Shown: piece after piece, positions 57,150-64,000 of the stretch
Layout of the letters: every line of letters starts with the position of its first letter
Numbering within the stretch: the first letter of the stretch is position 1
Source of the DNA: the human T2T-CHM13v2.0 reference genome, Homo sapiens
Assembly: GCF_009914755.1 (NCBI RefSeq)
Contig: NC_060937.1
Direction: 5' to 3' (one strand)
Length of the DNA stretch: 64,000 nt
The notes under the pieces: model-generated
The model's input: only the letters and a program-made list of their open reading frames with translations
What the model was told of the DNA's origin: nothing
Databases searched by the model: none
Program-made: the position numbers and the translations under genes

Positions 57150-58279
57150 TAATTTATTTGTGATTTTTAGAGAGCATGTGTGGTAACACATCATATAATT
57201 AATAAGAAGATGCATATAATACATATGTGTAGGGTTTCTTTCAACTGTAAAGACATTTGCAAACAAACAACAAAATATTTCTCTTTTTTTCAATCTTGGT
57301 CAGGCATGTGAACTTATTAAGATGTCTCGAATACTAATGACTCTTTTTCCTTTCCGTGCAAATTGAGAGGAAAATAAAATTTGTTTCCCCTCAAATTCCC
57401 TAGTTAACATGGGCCTAACTGACTTAGGATTACGCACGTCATGGTTAAGCAATTTCATTGCTGGTGTGAAAATGATAATGAGAAAAAAATAGTATACATA
57501 GTGAATATTAGATGATGACTAACTTATGTTTCAGGCAGGTAGAAAATATTATAGGTGGAATAAAGCTTTACTTTAGGCTTAGTTAAAACTTGTAATAACT
57601 GAATACTTAATCCCAGTTAATGAGAAAATGTTGTGGTCATCAGACGGCAGAGGCCAGAAGAAACCTTCTTCAAAATTGAGAAAAATCAAACGTTCAAATC
57701 TGCGACTATGGTGTAGCCACTACAGTACCTCTTTGCTTGGAATAGCCAGTGCTCAGTAAATGTCTGTTGAGTAAATAAACAAATTTATGACATGGCTGTA
57801 AACAATTAAATGCTTAGCTAGACATTTATAATAAACTCTTGATTATTTATAACTTTTTAATTTGTAAAAGATATATAAGACTGCAGAATAAAATGGGAAC
57901 TCAAAAATATAGCATTTTTAACCATATTTATAATTAATGGACTTCTTCCAAAAATATTATAGGAAAAAATTAACTGTGGTATGATCTCTAGGGATTTAAA
58001 AAAAACGGAGTCAAAGAACATGATAAGCATGAGAAAAGTATAAATTAGTCTCACAGGAAATAATCAGATGTTTAATTATAGAAAAATAAATATTAATTTA
58101 AAAAGATGATTGAAGAAAACAGGACAAAAACTGCTTATGTAAACATACATGTTTACCTTATTAAAGCAAAGGCTAACTGATAGACTATTAGCTATTATAC
58201 TGAAGATGCAATTACTCTCGTTTTTCATTATATATTAAAATCCTCATTCTTACATAATGTGTAATTAAAACCTGAACTA

Positions 58280-58559
<280 letters not shown>

Positions 58560-58570
<11 letters not shown>

Positions 58571-58606
58571 GAAAGAAGGGAGGGAGGGGGGGGAAGGAAG
58601 AAAGGA

Positions 58607-58688
<82 letters not shown>

Positions 58689-58761
58689 AAGAAAGAAAGA
58701 AGAAAGAAAGAGAAAGAAGGAAAGAAAGAAGAAAGAAAAGAAAGAAAGAAAGAAAGAAAGA
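58560..58761. repeat. Complex polypurine STR: A11, GGGA/G8, (GAAA)17, (GA)n, degenerate GAAA
   Basis: ~200 bp containing only A and G; perfect GAAA run at 58605-58672. Confidence 0.97.
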
Positions 58762-59441
58762 TTGAATTAATAGAGGTCATAGGCAAATCTGAACTAATAA
58801 AAGTCTAGATTGACGAATTATTTTTAAGAAGTTAGGAGACTAGACAACTTTACTCTGGAAAGCACAACTAAAGAAGAGAGAAAACTAGTAACTGTATGGA
58901 AAAGCATTTACCAACTGATTGAATAAACACATTTTCCTGCTCCTCACAGAGGGCAAAACTAGTTGCAGGTTTAAAAGGATGAAGAAATAATGTCATTTAA
59001 ATGCACTGCCACGTTCCCCTCATACGAACATGTGAGTGAGAGGTGATGTTGGGTAGCTTGATGGTGATATTGGCAGTCTGAACTTTTAAAAAAGAAGAAC
59101 ATAGCTTTGTTAAATGAGTTTAATTATTCCAGGTTTCTGTAATATTTTAGGTTCTGCTGCACAAAACAAAAGTAGTTGATCAATACGTTGAAAGAAAAAA
59201 AATTAATTTTTAAATTTCAGGTTGTTAAATTTGGAATGTATGTTTGCTCTTTAAGATAATTTTATCATAGAATTAATTAACAACCAAAACAGAAGAAAGT
59301 TTAGTACATAAATAATTTTATACTTTCTTATTTTACCACGAATAGATCTGTAAAGTTTTCTTTTTTGTTGTTGTTTTTCTTTCTTGAAAAGTCTATCATA
59401 AGTAGAAAGAACCATGCATGCATTTCTTTTTTCCAGGTAAA

Positions 59442-59575
59442 GTATGGTTCCCAATGAAGAGTGATTTTGTTCCAAGGGGACGCTGATAATACCTACAGAC
59501 TGGGGGATGGTTCTCAGTGTCTAATGGATAAAAGCCAAGGATACTGCTAAACATCCTACAATGCACAGATTCAAA
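59442..59575. mobile_element. MER20 hAT-Charlie fragment
   Basis: 'ggttcccaatgaagagtgattttgttccaagggga...ctaatggataaaagccaaggatactgctaaacatcctacaatgcacag'. Confidence 0.8.
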
Positions 59576-60707
59576 AATCTGATTTAAAGTCATGACATAG
59601 GCAGTTTCTTATTATTTGAATTATTTAAAAGAGATTTCAATAGTTGCATAATACACTATCACACAATTTATTATAAAATACTTAACTCTGCAACATTTGT
59701 TGAAAATAATACTGTTTTAAAATGTTAGTTAGAATTTTGACTTAAGAATACATTAGCGGAAAATCCATGATAAATTTTCTTTCACTTTTTCTTAAGACTA
59801 ATGGCTGTGATGATTTCAGAGTATTATAAGATAACATAAAGTTTGTTTCCTAAAAACTTAAGAAGAATTCCAAAACACCGCAGTCCCCTCCACCCTTTAC
59901 TAATCTTTAAAAATCACCCATTTACATTAAGGGGCTGATATTTATATAAAAATATCAAGCAAAAATTAATAGATTCTAGTGCCAGTTTTCTTGACTGATA
60001 CGTGAAAAACGTTTACTCATCACATATGCACAAATTAAGCAAAATCCAGCCATTTTATAAAGCCTGGGCTAGTTGTTGCCTTGCTGTTTCTGTTTTGAAG
60101 CAGTATAACATTATACATAAACAACCCAAACTCAGGCCTCACCAAAAAACAGAAAAAAATAAAACAAAACAAACCACAGATTGAAGATGTGATTGAGGAT
60201 TTATTTCAAATATTCTTCTCACTAATATACAAAACTACCAATTATCTCTTATACTTACCAATTTTCTTAAATGCACAATTTACCTGTAGGTTTATGCCAC
60301 TCTCTCTACATGCCATGAATTGTTAGAAGATGCATACTTAGAAAAAGATATTTTAATTGTGTAAATGCTAATGTAAACAACTCATGTAGGTAACGCAGAT
60401 TTCTTTGTATAGTTTGGGTAGCTTAGTATTTTCTAATTATGTTGTACACATTGATCACATTTGTCAAAACCTACTCCTTGACAGCTAAATCAAAAATTTT
60501 AATGAGGAATAATCTAAAAGAATTAGAATTTATTCCCCCTCCCAAAGTAAACTCAATCGAAACAGCATTGTTGTGAAGAAGCTCAATATTAGTTTTAGGA
60601 GGTAGGGGAAAAGAGGCAAAAAGTAAGTTTTATGAAAGATATTACTTCTAGTTAAATGTTCCTATCACCTTCTTTAGGTTCAGAAGATTATTACAATAAC
60701 TGAGTCT

Positions 60708-61830
60708 ATATAAAAACCCTGGAAGACAACCTAGGCAATATCATTCTGGACATAGGAACAGGCAAAGATTTCATGACAAGGACTCCAAAACCAATTGCAA
60801 CAAAAGCAAAAATTGACAAATGGGATCTAATTAAACTAAAGAGCTTCAGCACTGCAAATGCATCTATCAACAGAGTAAACAGGCAACCTACAGCATGGGA
60901 GAAAAATTTTGCAAACTGTGCATCTGACAGAGGACTAATATCCAGAATCTATGAGGAACTTAAACAAATTCACAAGGAAAAAATGCAAGCAACCCCATTA
61001 AAAACGGGCAAAGGGCATGAACAGAAACTTTTCAAAAGAAGATATACACGCAGACAACAAGCATATAAAAAAGCTCTACATCACTGATTATGAGAAAAAT
61101 GCATATCAAAACCAAAACGAGATATCATCTCACACAAGTCAGAATGACTATTATTAAAAAGTCAAAAAAAAAAAAAAAACATGCTGGGGAAGTTGCAGAG
61201 AAAAGGCAATGCTTATACACTGCTGGTGGTAGTATAAATTAGTTCAACCATTGAGGAAAGGAGTTTGGCAATTCCTCAAAGAACTAAAAACACAGCTACC
61301 ATTAGGCCCAGCAATCCCATTACTAGGTATATACCCAAAGGAATAGAAATTGTTCTACCATGAAGACACATGCATATGTTCATTGCAGCACTAGTCACAA
61401 TAGTGAATCAAACTAAATGCCCATCAATGGTAGATTGGATAAAGAAAATGTGGTACATATACACCACAGAATGCTATGAAGCCATAAAAAAGAATGAGAT
61501 CATGTCCTTTGCAGGAATATGGATGGAGCTGAACGCCATTATCCTTAACAAACTAGTGCAGGAACAGAAAACCAAATACTGCATTTTCTCACTTATAAGT
61601 GGAAGCTAAATGATGAGAACACATGGACATAAAGAGGGAAACAACAGACATTGGGACCTCTTGGAAGGTAGAGGTTAGGAGGAGTGAGAGAATAAGGAAA
61701 ACTAACTATTGGGTACTAGGCTTAATATCTGGGTGACAAAATAATCTGTACAACAAACAGCCATGACACGAGTTTACCTATATAACAAACCTATGCTTGT
61801 ACCCACTGAACTTAAAATAAAAATTTAAAG
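60708..61830 (+). mobile_element. 5'-truncated L1PA (L1PA13-16-like), ORF2 C-terminus remnant plus 3' UTR
   Basis: ORFs 60773..61087 ([17 protein letters not shown]) and 61370..61609 (MFIAAL...WIKKMWYIYT...EQKTKYCIFSLISGS) are broken L1 ORF2; 3' UTR 'gggtactaggcttaatatctgggtgacaaaataatctgtacaacaaac'. Confidence 0.95.
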
Positions 61831-63369
61831 ACAAATAAGTTTATTGTAAGCTTTCTTTCAAACAGATTGTTGTCTGATGATAAGAGCTGTGCTCATTTTG
61901 TTCAGTCTTCCTCAAATGTGTGATAAAATATAATGTAGTAAAAAGCAACTGTGTGCCGTATACTTCATAGGTAATCAATTTTTTGTCATTTCTGAGTGTA
62001 TGTGCGTGTGTGTGTGTATGCATGTGTGTATGTAAAATCTTACTTTACATCCATATATCCAGCCATATGAGTGATTTTTTTAGTGACTGTTGATTTTATT
62101 TTTTTCTTGACCTCATAGTCGAATTAATATCTTTGAAAACAGTTAGCCTATTTCTTATTACAGTACAGTATTCCAGCTCCAGGCATACTGTCTGTCATTC
62201 TCTATATGTGTATAGTTAGGTTGTCGAAGGGGTAGAAGGCTGTCTTCTAGGATGAAGTAATTCTGTAACTAACATGAAATATGCCTGTCAAAGTTCCATC
62301 ATTACCAAGATGACCAGCAATGCCGCTCTTCCACCAACCGTCCTATTGGCCTGAAACCTGATTCTATGAAGCTGTCATCTCACTAACAATATACTATTCT
62401 TCACAATATAATGTTTCTTTCCTTAACAAATGCATTGTATTTTTCCTCTTTACGCTCTATCCTGCATTTTAAACCAATATTCAAATTAAGTATACTTGCA
62501 TTTACTTCAAAATTTTATCATTCAAAATCCTCACTTTCATCCCCCATAGTCCAACTATTGATAATTTTTTTTTTCAATTTAAAGGCTAAGTCTATATAAT
62601 TATGAGAATTTTTTAAGAAATTTAAGAGTTTTAAATAGGTATTTTCAAAAGCTGTTTTATAGAAGATTGCTGGAGGTACTTGTGGTGTCAATTTAGAATA
62701 TCATATATTCACTGCTTTTCATAGATAACCTGTCATTGATCATGCAAGCACTCCCTCATCCTGACATTTTCTCCAAAGTCAAGCAACACTCATGGGTATA
62801 TCATTTTTGGTTTCCCTTTCTGCTTCCTCTCCTATGGCACACCTGAGTGCTGGTGTGTCTTATCAGACTGGTGAGTTTGGAAAAAGAACTGAGCACCTTC
62901 ACTCAGCCCCTCCTCTCCTCGTGAGACCAGCCTGCCTGCAGAGAGAGAGCACTCTCTCTGTCATGTTAGACTTAAGAGTAACAGTGCTGTTCTCATAGGA
63001 GACCCCTGTGGTTCTGCAGAACTTTCAGAAACTGTGTAGGTGAGTCTGTGAGATCCTGAAATTCAGGGATAGAAGCCTATTGTTACCACACACCCAAGGC
63101 AATCTTATAACTTAAGCTTGACACAGTGAAGACGCTGTCTGTATCTGCACCTCCTTGATCCTCTCCTATGCATTTGCTAAGGAGCTGAAGCAGGGAGGGG
63201 GGGTGTTCTTTAGGGAGCCTCTTCAAACACCACAGTGTGAGACCACATTGCACTTCAGTGATGATTGTGTCCCACTGTGGATTATAAGTGACAGCGTGGT
63301 CCAGACTACAATTCTGAAGGATTCCTGTGAACATTTATTAAATCCCCCCTTTCTCTCCTCAAATATGGG

Positions 63370-63642
63370 ACTTTAAATTTATTTCCAGCTAATTTCATCT
63401 GATAGAATTAAATGCATTTCTTCATTTTCAAGATCTTTGTGGATCTTGAACTACTAATGTGCATGCCATTCCTCTCAGCTTAGTTTCATCTTGAAATCTG
63501 ATGACAATGTCTTTGTCATGGCTATCCCTGTGAATGAAGACTAGGACAAGCCTGAGATGGTGCCTGGTGGCACTTCACTGGAAATGTTTTCCACATTCAA
63601 ATTCAATCTATTCATCAATTCTCTCTTGTAGGGTCCTCCAAA
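63370..63642 (-). mobile_element. L3/CR1 LINE RT-region fragment
   Basis: 'caagatctttgtggatcttga...ctctcagcttagtttcatcttgaaatctgatg...ggacaagcctgagatggtgcctggtggcacttcactgg' resembles antisense L3. Confidence 0.6.
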
Positions 63643-63925
63643 TTTTTAAATTTGTTTTATAATGAAGCATAATTTATGTGTTGTGAAATTCACAGATCTT
63701 AAATGAACATTTTAATGAGTCTTAACAAATGTGCACATTCTTGTAACCCACACCCCAATCAAAATATGGAACAATTCATTCACTCCAGAAATTTCTCTTA
63801 TGCTCATTTACCAAACACTTCCCCATAGTGGGAGCTACCACTGATCTCATTTTTATCACCATAGATTCGTTTTGCCTATTCTTTTGTGCCTGTTTCTTTT
63901 TCTTCTCACTGAGTTTTGCAGATTC
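63643..63925 (-). mobile_element. L1M (L1ME/MD-like) 3' end
   Basis: 'gtgaaattcacagatcttaaatgaaca...acaaatgtgcacattcttgtaacc...caatcaaaatatggaaca...cactccagaaa...tatcaccatagattcgttttgcct'. Confidence 0.8.
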
Positions 63926-63961
63926 TGCTGGTCCTTCTGTGTGTGTGTCGACCCAGGCTGG

Positions 63962-63963
63962 TT

Positions 63964-63994
<31 letters not shown>

Positions 63995-63996
63995 GT
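63962..63996. repeat. (TTTTG)n simple repeat
   Basis: Read directly. Confidence 0.9.
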
Positions 63997-64000
63997 CTCA

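Noticed and set aside
60773-61609. L1 ORF2 peptides as a functional CDS
   Set aside because: 5'-truncated old L1 with frameshifts and stops; only C-terminal remnants remain
62859-62873. 'cttatcagactggtg' resembling mature miR-21
   Set aside because: Only a 12-nt match to human miR-21; the 5' TAG of the seed is absent and there is no complementary arm for a hairpin

Overview
This is primate genomic DNA, almost certainly human (an AluYa5 with all five diagnostic changes is present). It is AT-rich, has no CpG island, and looks intronic or intergenic. I could not recognise any protein-coding exon, processed pseudogene, tRNA, rRNA or snRNA, and I cannot name the locus. The ORF track is explained by Alu, LTR, L1, L2 and simple-repeat sequence, or by chance. 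The window is dominated by interspersed repeats: 15 Alus (two very young AluY-lineage copies), THE1/MST/MLT1 MaLR LTRs, two LTR8-family ERV1 LTRs, L1, L2, L3, MIR, hAT MITEs (MER33, MER58B, MER5, MER20), a MADE1 mariner MITE, and several micro/minisatellites. The most unusual structure is an old ~105-bp inverted duplication at 48.5-49.2 kb. It copies the junction between a host LTR and a nested LTR8, and it was later interrupted by an Alu. Other findings are modest (candidate enhancers, non-B DNA tracts, speculative non-coding exons). I see no evidence of a new multi-gene biological system. Repeat subfamily names come from recalled consensus sequences, not a database search, and boundaries of old repeats are approximate.
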